From Podospora anserina (Eukaryota): a stretch of 64,000 bases of DNA. Location: NCBI GenBank assembly GCA_017654855.1, contig CM030337.1, positions 124,001-188,000 on the forward strand, in the 5' to 3' direction. The translations under genes were made by a program, and so were the position numbers. The first letter of the stretch is position 1. Every line of letters starts with the position of its first letter. The notes beneath the pieces are model-generated. The model searched no databases. It saw nothing but the letters and a program-made list of their open reading frames with translations, and was not told where the DNA came from. This document shows positions 23,130-35,983 of this stretch, piece by piece.

Positions 23130-26100
23130 GCTGCTGGCCCTGTGTGATTGGCGGGTGGGCTTGGAGGCTGGACGGAGCGGGTGGTTGTTCCAGAAAACAG
23201 CAGTTCGTCTGGTTGAAGCTATCGGTTTTATCTATTTTTGCTGGCCGTGTCCCAGAACTTCAGATGGCAGCGGCTGATCCGTGTCTCGGCAAGGCTTCAC
23301 AGGGATGGACCTGTCGCCACCGATGCTGGGCCTCGCTCGTCACCACAGACCTAGAGCCAAAGAGGCAGGAGATCAAGTCAGTTCTGCATCCCACGTCGAC
23401 GGATCCCTGACTATATGGAACGCACAGAGTGGGCACATTTTGCTGTGCAATGCCGCTCTCACTGGCTCCAACCCTGCTTGTACGTCATAGTATCCGCGGC
23501 GGCGATGTCGTGATTTGGCGTCATGGCACCAACCACGAAAATTTTTTATCCTCCTTCCCAACGGCCGCCCCCGGGACAAGCACGGTCAGCCCAAGAGCCC
23601 AAACCCATGTTTTCGATAGCCGGTTTCTGCAAGTCTGGCCGGGCCGAGGGTGCTACCGTGCCACCGGCCACGGGAAGTTTAATTTGTCTCTGCACCGTCT
23701 CTTTGGCCATGCCGCGCATCACGTCAATCCCAGCTCCACTTTGTGCCATCTGCTCGGTGAGGCTGTTTGTTGGACCATTGAACAATGGCGATGGCGACAT
23801 TTTAGCCCCCCTCCAAACAGGCAGGTCGACAGCTTGCCCTCTGCTGACCATCACACGTCCTCGCTTTGCCGCGGCCCATCGTCCCTGCTCCTTGTCGTGC
23901 CATTAAGTCCTTCGATGTCGATAAATGTCAGATGCCACTCATGCAGGCCGTGGCCTGTCAGGTTCGCTGGTCTCGGTGGAGATAGTTCACACCTAGCATG
24001 AACACCTCCTCATCGACAAACATGAAACCTGACATCCCCAACCTCCAGTTAGGCGACGGCATCCTCTGCTGGTCTCCATCTCTAATCGCCGCCCACTCTG
24101 GGGAAGACCCTCCCCTCCGTATACGGCCCGGAGGCGTCGCCGTGGACAACTCCAGACTCGGCTGACAAGGGAGTACCCTGATCAATCCCCATTGTTGTTT
24201 TGTCCCCGATCTCGGATACCAGTGCCACGCTTCAGACTCCACTTCATCCTCAGGTGTTGTAAGGAGCCTGCGATTGCGGATCGAGTAGGTTGATGTGATA
24301 TGTCTAACAGACGGCAGTTGTCAAACCGCAGCCATAGCCTTTGGACGACGTGCTATCGTTTAGCTGACAATGAAAGGGCGCTCGGCATCGTGGGAACTGG
24401 ACTGGTCGGCAGGTTGAATGTGGTAGACTGTCGAGGTCGGTCATGGAATGTTCAATTCGAAACGGATATCTTGGCATGCTGGTAGTGGAAAAGTCAGCAG
24501 ACATCTATAAGTCTGAGGGTGCAACACAGCTTACCATAGCTGGGCTGGATCAAGGGCTGACCAGGCAGTCTGATACCACCTGATCGGCCAGGTGTCGAAA
24601 GGCCGCCATGAGGGTTTCACAGTGGCGTGCAGTTTTCAACCTCAGGTTCGTGCGAGGTCGCTGCTGCCGGGCCTCAGAGGGGATGGCTTCCATTAATAGA
24701 CAGATATGAAAGAAGCTCAATGTCCGACATTCGCAGTGCCGGCATGCTAGCGGATGACGCAATTGCGGAATGGGCCAGTTTGTGACAGTCAAAAATCCCC
24801 AGAGCCGCCAATTGACTCCATCAGGTTGGCGAACGACATCCTGAGATTGGGTCAGTTTAGGAACACATCGATGACAGCCGGAGAGTGATCACGCAATCTC
24901 TCCACTACGCGCCCATCTCCAAGGCCTCGTGTGGATAACTTGCTGCTCTTTGGGGATTAGACACTCAAACTAAGGTAACTTAGTTGCCGTTGCGGGGGCA
25001 GATCATGGCGCTTTCCCGTTGATGCAACCAGGTACCGTATCATTGCAGCACGGCGTCTACTGCACCAAGTAGGCCCAGTTATCATGTGCACCTTCCATGC
25101 TCTCGATAAGGGTCCTGGCACATCCTGGGTGTTTGAACCATGGATGTTTTATGCAGCTCTGGTGATATTAGGCTGTGGGTTCGTTAACCCTGAATCCCTG
25201 AGAGTTTGAATGTTTACAACATCAAGCCTTGTCAAGTGGATGTGACATGAAATTGTTCTATAGGTAAATTATTCAGTGGAACAAAACAAATTCTGAAAAC
25301 CACGCAAGCTATTACTTCATGCGCAGCAGAAAGGACTTCGTCGAACTTCTGCAAGACCGAGGGCAGCATACCTTGGCTCCTTCTATTAGAGTCTTTTCCC
25401 TGATAAAATCAGCAAGAGCCTGTATATTGTATCATGAGTGAGCTTTCAACAGTGTGTTGGTCTAGAACAATACCTACCTGCTCTGTATGGCCCAAGGGTA
25501 GATTTACTGCCTGAGTTAGATGTGACATATGACAGACCTCCAGTACATTTTGAACATGTAGATCCCTGGTGCAGGGGTGCTCTATGTACACATAACAATT
25601 TCATGTTTGATTCAAACCCTATCTGCAATAACTGTGGGTAAGGTAAGGTACCTCTGTATGGTGTTGAACAGCCATGTTCTTGGCCCAATGGGAACCTGAA
25701 ACCAGGCTCAGGACACAAGTACCACTAGTATAAAAATTGAGGATCAACCCCGTAGAAAGCGAGCAATGATCCGTGGACCAACGGGAATAAACAAACACCA
25801 GAGGATACCGTCTAACCTCGGACTCCGAACGGCCGAAAACATTACCACCCCAAAACATATTCATTGCTCGCAGAGTGATTCATGAGACTGTTACAAAAGA
25901 TACTCCTCAAATGGCTTTAGCCAGCTTGTTGTTATTTCCTGGGAAGTATCATAATGTCTAGATGAAATTTAGTCCTGCTTAAGTCCACTAGGACTCATCC
26001 CTCCGGCAAATGCGAGCCGGCCATGCATGCCGAGTCAAGCAGACCGAGTTCAATGTAACATGCCTTGAACTAATCACAATAGCATTTGCTTAAACAGGAC

Positions 26101-26310
26101 TAATTGTATGGCCGAGCCGCAAAACTGCATGTATGGTCTAACCTGATGCATCCCAAACCGCGTCATCGTGTTCTCGATGTGATCCTTCGAATCAACCCCT
26201 TGGTCTTGGCGACAGGACGCACAAATTATCAGGTCGTCTTCCAGGAATCCTCTCAAAAATTTGCACAAAGGTTCTGGCTGCCTGTCTATGGTGCTCTGCA
26301 GATACGGATC

Positions 26311-27918
26311 ATGCAGACGCTTTCACTGAAGCGTGCTGCGGCGGTGGCTGGACACCCTTCCAGCCTCAAGCTCAACAAACGCCTTGCCCGCATTTCTATC
26401 CTTATTCTTAGCTTCACCCTATCTGTGGCTCTGTTTGCTTGGACCAAACAGCATGACCGGCACGCTCAGCGATCCTGGCTCTCAGGGCTGTTGCACAGAG
26501 CAAAGTATGGTGGACAACGGGAGACCCCCTTTTACCCTCACGACACAACAACCAGCTTTTCACCCGTGTCTTTCTCTGCGGATCAAGTCGAGAACTTGTC
26601 CACCAAAGACATGTGTGCTTCCTTCCCCCACTACCTCATCCGAGAACACATCCAGCCAGTCTTGAAGATGGGCCATGGCGAAAACCGCGACATGATCAAT
26701 GCCCAGCTCAACAGCGTATCCGCCTGCTTCCACCCTGATGAGCTCCTCATTTTCTCAGACCTCCCAGAGACGCTGCCAAATGGCCACCAGGCAGTCGACA
26801 TCCTCCGCAACCTTCCGCAGAGGTACAGGATGATCAACGACACCCCCGAAGCCCAGCCAGAGCCCGACTTTGCTGCCTACGAAGCCATGTACGACCTCTT
26901 CCGAGCCGGGAACCTGACTGCCGAAAACAATCCGACGATGAAGAATAAAAGGACCGGGTGGAGGTTGGACAAGTACAAGTTCCTGGCGCAGGTAGAGCGT
27001 GCCTGGACCGAGAGAAAGAACAAAGACTGGTATTTCTTTTACGAGAGCGACACGTTTGTCTCGTGGGACAATGTGTTCCGGTTCCTGTCAACGCTCGATC
27101 CCAACAAGGCGCTATACATGGGGAGCCCTTCTCCGGGCCGTCGCGATCCCAAGACAGATGAGGAGACTTGGTTTGCCAACGGAGGTCCGGGTTATGTGCT
27201 TTCGCGGGGCGCGATGAGGGTCCTGTTTGAGAAGAGACCTTCGTCGCGGGAAACGGGGGTGTGGACGGAAGAGCCGTTTCTCCTGAAATACATAAACGTT
27301 GTGAGGACAGACCCGTGTGGTGATGCCATTCTGGGTTGGGTGCTTTGGCTCGTAGGGATACGGCTCAGCGGCTTCTTTCCGTCGTTTAACACGTATGCAC
27401 TACACTCACTACCATACACACAGAGGTTGTGGTGTCAAAGCTTTTTGACTATGCACAAGCTAAGCCCAAAAGAGATGGTCCGGCTTTGGAGATGGGAGTA
27501 CGGAAACAGGAAGCTGGGTCGGCCGTTGATGTACGCCGACTTGTTCGAGAACTTCTTCCTGCCGGAGATTGAAGAGGCCGATGCGAGAAACAACTGGGAC
27601 AATACAAACTGGGATCGGCTGGCGCGTGGCAGTGATGTATACGTTAACAGTGTGGAGGAGTGCCGCGAGGCCTGCGAAAAGAAGACTAGCTGTCTCCAGT
27701 ACCACTGGAATGGCAAACAAGCCAGAAAGTGTGTGTTGATGCCCTTTGTCACACTGGGGCGAGCAAAGGATCCCGAGACAGTGGTGAAGAAAGAGGGCGG
27801 AGAAGAGCGATTCGTTTACACCAGTGGCTGGATAAAACCTCGCATCAAGAGCTGGGCCAAGGAGCATCCTTGCGCGATACCTGACTGGTTGAGTCCCAGT
27901 ACTGAAAGACATTATTGA
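26311..27918 (+). CDS. Glycosyltransferase family 31 with C-terminal Cys-rich PAN/apple-like segment
   Basis: Type II TM anchor; LIFSD, GWRLDKYKF, WYFFYESDTF, LYMGS, FANGGPGYVLS, CGD; C-terminal CREAC...CLQY...C...SGW. Confidence 0.88.
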   Translation: MQTLSLKRAAAVAGHPSSLKLNKRLARISILILSFTLSVALFAWTKQHDRHAQRSWLSGLLHRAKYGGQRETPFYPHDTTTSFSPVSFSADQVENLSTKDMCASFPHYLIREHIQPVLKMGHGENRDMINAQLNSVSACFHPDELLIFSDLPETLPNGHQAVDILRNLPQRYRMINDTPEAQPEPDFAAYEAMYDLFRAGNLTAENNPTMKNKRTGWRLDKYKFLAQVERAWTERKNKDWYFFYESDTFVSWDNVFRFLSTLDPNKALYMGSPSPGRRDPKTDEETWFANGGPGYVLSRGAMRVLFEKRPSSRETGVWTEEPFLLKYINVVRTDPCGDAILGWVLWLVGIRLSGFFPSFNTYALHSLPYTQRLWCQSFLTMHKLSPKEMVRLWRWEYGNRKLGRPLMYADLFENFFLPEIEEADARNNWDNTNWDRLARGSDVYVNSVEECREACEKKTSCLQYHWNGKQARKCVLMPFVTLGRAKDPETVVKKEGGEERFVYTSGWIKPRIKSWAKEHPCAIPDWLSPSTERHY

Positions 27919-28151
27919 TAAGCGTCACGGTATTTGTCTCCAACCGGAAGATTCATGGATGTTGAAAACAGTACATAAGAAGAAACAAAAGGCAAAACAA
28001 AATACACAGCAAAGAGGTATAGAGACAGCGTTGTCAAAATTCATTGGATATCGTTTTATCCGATCTTCCACCGTCGGTAGATACCTAAGTCATGACAACC
28101 CCGAAGTAAGCAGGGCAAGAGTATTTCATCCTAGACAAGCCTTCAAAATTC

Positions 28152-30233
28152 TTACCCTCCCCCGTCGATATCCATAACTCCATGTCTTCTGGCCGCCTCG
28201 ACAATAGCACACCGGCTGAGCCTGGACAGTTCAGTAATGAACTCTTCAACTAGTTTGAGCTGCAGTATCTCATTTTTGGCAACCTGCTTGATCCTCATAT
28301 TCCTGATCATTTCAGGCGCCGAGTCTAACAATGCGACATCAGCTTCCGCTTGTGGCTCCAGGGGGTTTAATAAGACGCTGCAGAAGATGTTGAGAACTGC
28401 CGACATGGGGTAGAACAGCATCATACAGAATACCTCTGGCGCCATCAGCACGGGAAGCGCACTCCTCAGGTAGAGCAACGTAGAACGGCTAGCTTCTACA
28501 CTCAGAGCCAGACTAGAGCTGACGCCCTTCATCTCCTCACCAGGCACCACCTCGCCATGAGCGCCCCAAGCCCGACATCTTCCCGTGGCGCGGTGGATGG
28601 TGGCTACCAGGTAATGATACTCAAAATTGATGACAATGGTTCGAACACTGTCGTGGGCTTCACTCAGGGCTTTGTTGACTCCCACATGGCGGGAAATCGA
28701 AAGGGCGGGCCTGTGTTTGAGCGGGACAGAGAGCCGCCACTTTTCCAGCTCATCGTCGAGTTCTCGTATATTCCGCAACAGCTCGGCGTCTGTCTTGCGG
28801 AGGGCTTCGGCCGAGTAGAGCAGCTGACATGTTTTTGACTTGATGAGCGTCAACCTCAAGTCGCCAGGCAAGCTTGGGATCATGGTCTCATCATCGTGGT
28901 CGACTTGCATATACCGGTCGAGGTACTGAGTCAGGGCATAGTTGGGCGGCAGCGACAGGTCGCAATGTTCGTCTGGGATGCAAGGCGGCTGGCCAGTACG
29001 CAGAGAGAGCTCCTTGTCAAAGTTGTAGGTCAACCAAAAGAGCTTGCGGAGAAGCTTTGATGCCCGCGACGCCGGCGAAGAGGATGACCAAGGGTTGGCG
29101 ATGGTGTGTGCGCCCAGCATAAACATGATGCGACAGGCGAGGGAGAGACATATGAGAGAGGACTGAACCCGGCCGGCAAAGAGCTGGTACATGGTCTAGT
29201 AAGCGGTCAGCAGGTGAGAAATCACGTAGCAGAATTGGAGCTTGAACACACTGACCAACATGATCATGGTCTGCAAACTAGTCAGAGTAAAATCGCGACG
29301 CAGCGCGGCTGGGAGCAAATGCTGAGCCTTTGCAGCCATCACGTCTCCTTCTATTGGCGGCACTACCGGCGATTCGGAGCCCACAAATAAGGTCACCATG
29401 CATAGAAAGGCAAAGACACAGGTTTTGGCAACAAGAAGCTCATGGGGACCGGGGCTTCCCAGGCCGTAGGCGGTGTCTATGATCTCCTCAAACAGAACAG
29501 TGTCCAACACAGGGAACACCAACCTGAAGTGAGAGGTGCCGAAGAAGGCGAGGTATCGATCGGTCACGGCCCTGTCCGGCAGGGACGGCGGCTCCTCGAT
29601 GGGCGGCAGCACATCCTCCTTGCCCAGCTGCGGCGCACCGTGGTCAACTTCATCGTCATCCCACACGGCAGGAAATACGGGGGCCTGGCCGGCACGGGAG
29701 TGAATCCACTCCCGGCCCGTGGTCGAGAAATGCGGAACTCCGTTGTACGAGCTGATCTCGCCAAGGTGGTACCCGGCAAAGTGCAGCTTGCCGAAACAGG
29801 GCCGGGAGCTAGATACGGGGGACGGTGGAGGCAGACCCTCGGGATCTCTGCACGGGGAGAAGGCGTTTGTGGAAGAGGACAGCGGCGCTGGAGCGGTCAG
29901 AGGGTCCGTCAACAGAGCCTTGAGCGGCTGCAGCTTGTGGGTCAGGATCTCTTCAGGTGCGTGAGGACTCGGCCTGTTATTTAATTTTGTGCTCGATGGC
30001 TTCTTGGACACGCCCCTCTTCCTCGGGCGTATCTCACGATCAAAGGTGCATTCGAGGTCATGGTGTTTACACCAGTCACAGGAGGGATGGGCAGGTTCAC
30101 ACTGAATCTACAGCAACAGGAAAAGAGACCAACGGGACACAGTCAGCAACTGGACGACAACGTGGATGTAATCCGATTCTGGGTTGCACACCTTTCTCTT
30201 GTGACACGCATCGCAAGCCCGCTTGCGCCCCAT
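28152..30233 (-). CDS. Zn(II)2Cys6 fungal-specific transcription factor
   Basis: MGRKRACDACHKRK / IQCEPAHPSCDWCKHHDLEC after splicing; middle homology region RKLFWLTYNFDKELSLRTGQPP; second intron about 29197-29253. Confidence 0.92.
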
Positions 30234-31438
30234 AGTCGGCAGCGGGAGCGGGAGAGTGGCCTTGACAGAGAGCGATAACGCGGGATTTGAGGCCGCTGAC
30301 AAAGCGCCCGGTCGGGTTTGATGCGGGTGTGGCAACTGGAGGAAATGGCAGCGGGCAGCGGGCAGCGGGAAGGATGACGCAGGGTGTGTCAATCAATCAG
30401 TGGAAGCGACGCGCGACATGGCAGCTGTCAAAAAGTTGCCATCGAAACCTAGTTTCAGACTCGTCAGTCCTCAGCTGGACCCAACATTCTGGTTTCCTGA
30501 TGACTTTTTGCACCGAGCTCAGCGAGCTGGGTTCAACGATGTCACTACTCACCGCTCACCGCTGTCTCTCTTTCGAACTCGAACTCGTCCCAAGAAAAAG
30601 AAACACCGTCCGTGCCCGCGGAAGCGGCATGTGCCGTGCCAAGCAGCCAAGGGCAAACCCCGCCCTGCTCGGAACATTGGTGGAAGCTTTCTTCACTTTC
30701 TGCCGAACCACCCGAGATTTCAAAGCACCGGGGCCGGGATTCGACCTCTGCGCGGCCTGCGCCTTGATCATTGCCTTATCTCCGTCTAATAACCCCCCGA
30801 GACCATCGGCAGGCAATGCACTCACCGTCCGAACCCCGTTCGATGTGGGCGCCTTGGCCCCCGATGGCCCCGTTGCCCCCGTCTCGCGATGCCGAGCATT
30901 CGTTACTGCCCATTGGCGATCCACATCCCGTTCGTTGAGATCGATCTTCATGTTTCCAGAACAGTCACCATATACGTAACATCGACACTCTTTTCGATGA
31001 CTCTAACGTTTGCTGACCAAGGAAGACGATGAACTTTTCGTATACCCGCTCAGGTGCCCCATTTTTGAGATTGGCACAGCTCCAGCTCATACTTCCCAGA
31101 CAACTCTACGCATTGTGACTAAGTGGTTCCATCCTTGGAGAGCTTGCGTTGCAGTCTCCACTCGTGTCAAGGCTTCAAAACCAACACCGGGATCAGGCCG
31201 TCACCAACTTCGTGATTCAGGAACAGAGTGGAGATGTGAGCATCCACACTCCTCCACCATCGCGGTGATGGGTTGGCCGCCCTGCCGATGCCGATGGCCG
31301 AAGCTGACTGAGAGGAAATGGGTGAAAAGAAAAAGTCAATTAAATAGCCCTGGGGGCCTCGTTTCTTGGCTCTGATTCTCTCTTGGTCCTCCATCCCATC
31401 GTACCGGTCCCTCTCAACCCCTTCGCCGGCAAGCCATC

Positions 31439-34400
31439 ATGGAGACGGCACCAGCTTCCAACCCCGACCCCACGGGAGTCATCCACGAATGGAAACTCAA
31501 GCACAAGGTCGAGGCCATCCGTGAACGCGACAGCCGCTCTGGCCTTCCCCTGAGAGAGCTTGGTGTCACTTGGAAAGATCTCACCGTCAGCGCCATTTCC
31601 TCCGACGCCGCCATCCACGAGAACGTTATCTCCCAGTTCAACATCCCCAAGAAGATCCAGGAATCACGCCACAAGCCGCCCCTCAAGACCATCCTAGACA
31701 AGACTCATGGCTGCGTCAAGCCAGGAGAGATGCTCCTGGTTTTGGGCCGTCCGGGCTCAGGGTGTACGACCTTGCTCAAAATGATTGCCAACCACAGGAA
31801 GGGCTATCAGAACGTGGAGGGAGATGTCAAGTATGGCAGTATGGACGCATCGGAAGCGGAAAAGTACCGTGGCCAGATCGTTATGAACACCGAGGAGGAG
31901 CTCTTCTTCCCCTCCCTCACCGTGGGGCAGACCATGGACTTTGCTACTCGTCTCAAGATCCCCTTCCAGCTGCCCGATGGCGTGCAGTCCAAGGAGGAGT
32001 ACCGCCAGGAAATGATGGAGTTTCTCCTGGAGAGCATGAGCATCACCCACACCAGAGGCACCAAGGTAGGCAATGAGTTCGTCAGAGGTGTTTCCGGAGG
32101 CGAGCGAAAGAGAGTGTCCATCATTGAAACGTTGGCTACAAGGGGCAGTGTCTTTTGCTGGGACAACAGCACAAGGGGTCTCGACGCGAGCACGTGAGTT
32201 TTCTCTGATGCATTTTATATACCCTGGGGTCATCAGCTGACACAAGGTTCAACCAACAGAGCTCTGGACTACACCAAGGCCATCCGTGCCCTGACTGACG
32301 TTCTCGGGTTGGCCTCGATTGTCACATTGTACCAAGCAGGCAACGGCATCTACGACCTCTTCGACAAAGTCCTCGTCCTCGACGCCGGGAAAGAGATCTA
32401 CTACGGCCCCATGAAGGATGCTCGCCCGTTCATGGAGCAGCTTGGTTTCGTGTGCCGCGACGGAGCCAATGTTGCTGACTACCTCACCGGTGTCACGGTC
32501 CCTACTGAACGCTTGATTGCCCCCGGCTACGAAAAGACCTTCCCCCGCAACCCCGACCAGCTGAGAAGCGAGTACGAAAAGTCCAACATCTACCAGAAGA
32601 TGATCGCCGAGTATAGCTACCCAGAGACAGAGGAGGCCAAGGAGAAGACCAAGCTGTTTCAGGGCGGCGTCGCAGCTGAAAGGGACAGCCACCTCCCCAA
32701 CAACAGCCCCTTGACCGTTTCCTTCCCTCAGCAAGTCCTTGCCTGCATCATCCGGCAATACCAGATCCTCTGGGGCGACAAGGCCACCATTGCCATCAAG
32801 CAGGGCTCGACACTGGCACAAGCCCTGATCTCCGGTTCTCTCTTCTACAACGCCCCCAACAACTCGTCCGGTATCTTCCTCAAGGGAGGTGCCTTGTTCT
32901 TCGCCCTTCTCCACAACTGTTTGCTCTCCATGTCTGAGGTTACCGATTCCTTCCATGGCCGCCCCGTGCTCGCGAAGCACAAGGCCTTTGCCTACTTCCA
33001 CCCTGCCGCCTTCTGTATCGCTCAAGTCACTGCCGACATTCCCGTTCTGCTGTTCCAGGTTTTCATTTTTGCCATCGTTCAGTACTTCATGGTCGGGCTC
33101 ACCATGACAGCCGGCGGTTGGTTCACATACTGGATTGTTGTCTTTGCTACCACCATGGTGAGTTTATTCCCGCCTCTGTCTCTCCTTTTGCCTCGCTAAC
33201 GGGGTATTTCTTCTAGTGCATGACCGCCTGCTTCCGCATGATTGGTGCTGCGTTTTCCAACTTTGATGCCGCCTCCAAGATCTCGGGCTTGGCCGTCAAG
33301 CTGCTCATCATGTACACGGGCTACATGATTATCCGGCCCAAGATGCACCCCTGGTTCGGCTGGATCTTCTGGATCAACCCCCTGGCTTACGCCTTTGACG
33401 CTCTCCTCTCCAACGAGTTCAAAGGCCAGATCATTCCTTGCGTCGGACCAAACCTCGTCCCCACTGGACCTGGATACATGGGCCTCGAGGTTGGCCAGCA
33501 GGCATGTGCTGGCGTGGGCGGCGCCCTGCCAGGTCGCAGCTACGTTCTCGGCGATGACTACTTGAGCTCCTTGGAGTACGGAAGCGGCCACATCTGGAGG
33601 AACTTTGGAATTGTCTGGGCTTTCTGGGCCTTGTTCGTCACCATCACGATTCTGGCCACCACCAACTGGAAGTCTGCGTCTGAGGGTGGGCCCTCCTTGT
33701 TGATTCCCAGGGAAAAGTCAAAGGTTGGGCTTCACGGCGCTCGCAGGAACAAGGCTGGCGACGAAGAAGCGGCCGTTGACGAAAAGGGCGGCTTCTCCTC
33801 GGGCAGCGGCAGCGAGACGGACGAGACACTTGCCGTCAAGGGTGCAGATGCGCAGATGCAAAAGCAGGAGGTAGATCTTGTTCGCAACACTTCGGTCTTC
33901 ACATGGAAGGATCTCTGTTACACTGTTTCTACCCCTGACGGCGATCGCCAGCTCTTGGACAACGTGCAAGGATGGGTCAAGCCTGGCATGCTGGGTGCCT
34001 TGATGGGCTCTTCTGGTGCTGGCAAGACCACTCTCTTGGATGTCCTTGCGCAGAGAAAGACCGAAGGTGTTATCAAGGGAAGCATCATGGTCGATGGTCG
34101 TGAGCTGCCTGTCTCTTTCCAGAGAAATGCGGGCTACTGTGAACAGCTTGACGTGCATGAGCCGTATGCTACCGTCCGGGAGGCGCTCGAGTTCAGCGCC
34201 CTTCTGCGGCAGCCTCGCGAGGTCCCCCGTGAGGAAAAGTTGCGCTACGTCGACACCATCATTGACCTCCTCGAGCTGCACGACCTGGCTGACACCCTGA
34301 TTGGCCGCGTCGGCATGGGTCTGTCTGTGGAACAGCGCAAGCGTGTCACTATCGGAGTCGAACTTGTCGCCAAGCCCTCGATCTTGATCTTCTTGGATGA

Positions 34401-35796
34401 GCCCACCTCGGGCCTCGACGGCCAGTCTGCCTACAACACGGTCCGCTTCCTCCGCAAGCTCGCCGACGTTGGTCAAGCCGTCTTGGTCACGATTCACCAG
34501 CCCTCGGCCCAGCTCTTTGCCCAGTTCGACACATTGCTTCTGTTGCAACGCGGCGGAAAGACGGTCTACTTTGGTGACATTGGCGACAACGCTGCTACTG
34601 TCAAGAACTATTTCGCCCGCTACGGTGCCCCCTGCCCCAAGGACGCCAACCCTGCCGAGCACATGATCGATGTGGTGTCTGGCCATCTCTCCCAGGGCCG
34701 TGACTGGAATGAGGTTTGGCTCTCGTCTCCCGAACACAGCGCAGTCGTCAAGGAGCTTGATGAGATCATATCCGAGGCCGCTTCCAAGCCTGCTGGCTAT
34801 GTGGACGACGGCCGCGAGTTTGCCACGCCCCTTTTGGAGCAAACCAAGGTTGTCACGAAGCGCATGAACATTTCCCTGTACCGCAACCGAGACTACGTCA
34901 ACAACAAGATCATGCTGCACGTCTCGGCCGCGCTTATCAACGGCTTCAGTTTCTGGATGATTGGCGACGACATTTCGGATTTGCAGATGATTCTCTTCAC
35001 CATCTTCCAGTTCATCTTCGTCGCCCCCGGTGTCATTGCCCAGCTGCAGCCGCTCTTCATCGACCGCCGCAACATCTTTGAGGCCCGCGAGAAGAAGAGC
35101 AAGATGTACTCTTGGATCGCCTTCGTCACGGGTCTGATCACGTCTGAGATTCCTTACCTCATGATTTGCGGCGTCTTGTATTACTGCTGCTGGTACTACA
35201 CAGTCGGCTTCCCTACCTCGTCCAAGCGTGCCGGCGCGACGCTGTTTGTCATGCTCATGTACGAATTTGTCTACACGGGGATGGGCCAGTTCATCGCAGC
35301 CTACGCCCCCAATGCCGTCTTTGCCTCGCTCGCCAACCCCTTCGTCATCGGAATCTTAGTCGCCTTCTGCGGTGTCTTGGTCCCCTATGCACAGATCCAG
35401 GTCTTTTGGAGGTATTGGATCTACTACCTCAACCCCTTCAACTACCTCATGGGGTCCATGCTGGTCTTTGCTGCCTGGGACTGGCCCATCAACTGCAACC
35501 CTCACGAGCTGGCCAGGTTCGATCCTCCCAACGGCACCACTTGTGGCGACTACCTGAGCACCTATCTTGAGAAGGGGTACGGCATGGCTGCGAACTTGTT
35601 AAACCCCGATGCTCTTTCCGAGTGCCAGGTCTGCCAGTTCAAGTCTGGAAGCGACTACCTTCGCACCATCAACCTGATGGAGTACAGCTACGGCTGGAGA
35701 GATGCCGGCATTGTCGTCATCTTTGTCATCAGCTCGTATGCTATGGTCTATGGCTTGATGAAGCTGAGAACAAAGACCAGCAAGAAGGCTGAGTGA
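31439..35796 (+). CDS. atrB: ABC-G (PDR-type) multidrug transporter, AtrB-like
   Basis: NBD1 GRPGSGCTT and [14 protein letters not shown]2 GSSGAGKTT and [11 protein letters not shown], two TMDs. N-terminal [11 protein letters not shown]...[15 protein letters not shown] resembles AtrB. Introns 32194-32260 and 33158-33215. Start codon uncertain. Confidence 0.9.
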
Positions 35797-35983
35797 AGAG
35801 CACTACTGGTTTTCTTTTATCCTGTTTTGGCCTTGTTCACGGGCTTTTGGTAAAACGTGTACATTTTTTGCATACTTTTCTTTTCCTTTTCTTTTCTTTT
35901 CTTTACACACTTTGATACCTTGATAGACATTTTGCATAGACAGACATTCACATAATTAATTTCAATACTGTTCCTGTTGACCA

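Noticed and set aside
33718-34920. 400-aa minus-strand ORF within the ABC transporter, and similar antisense ORFs in MUP1 and the hydrolase
   Set aside because: Expected from strong codon bias on the coding strand; no recognisable protein features.
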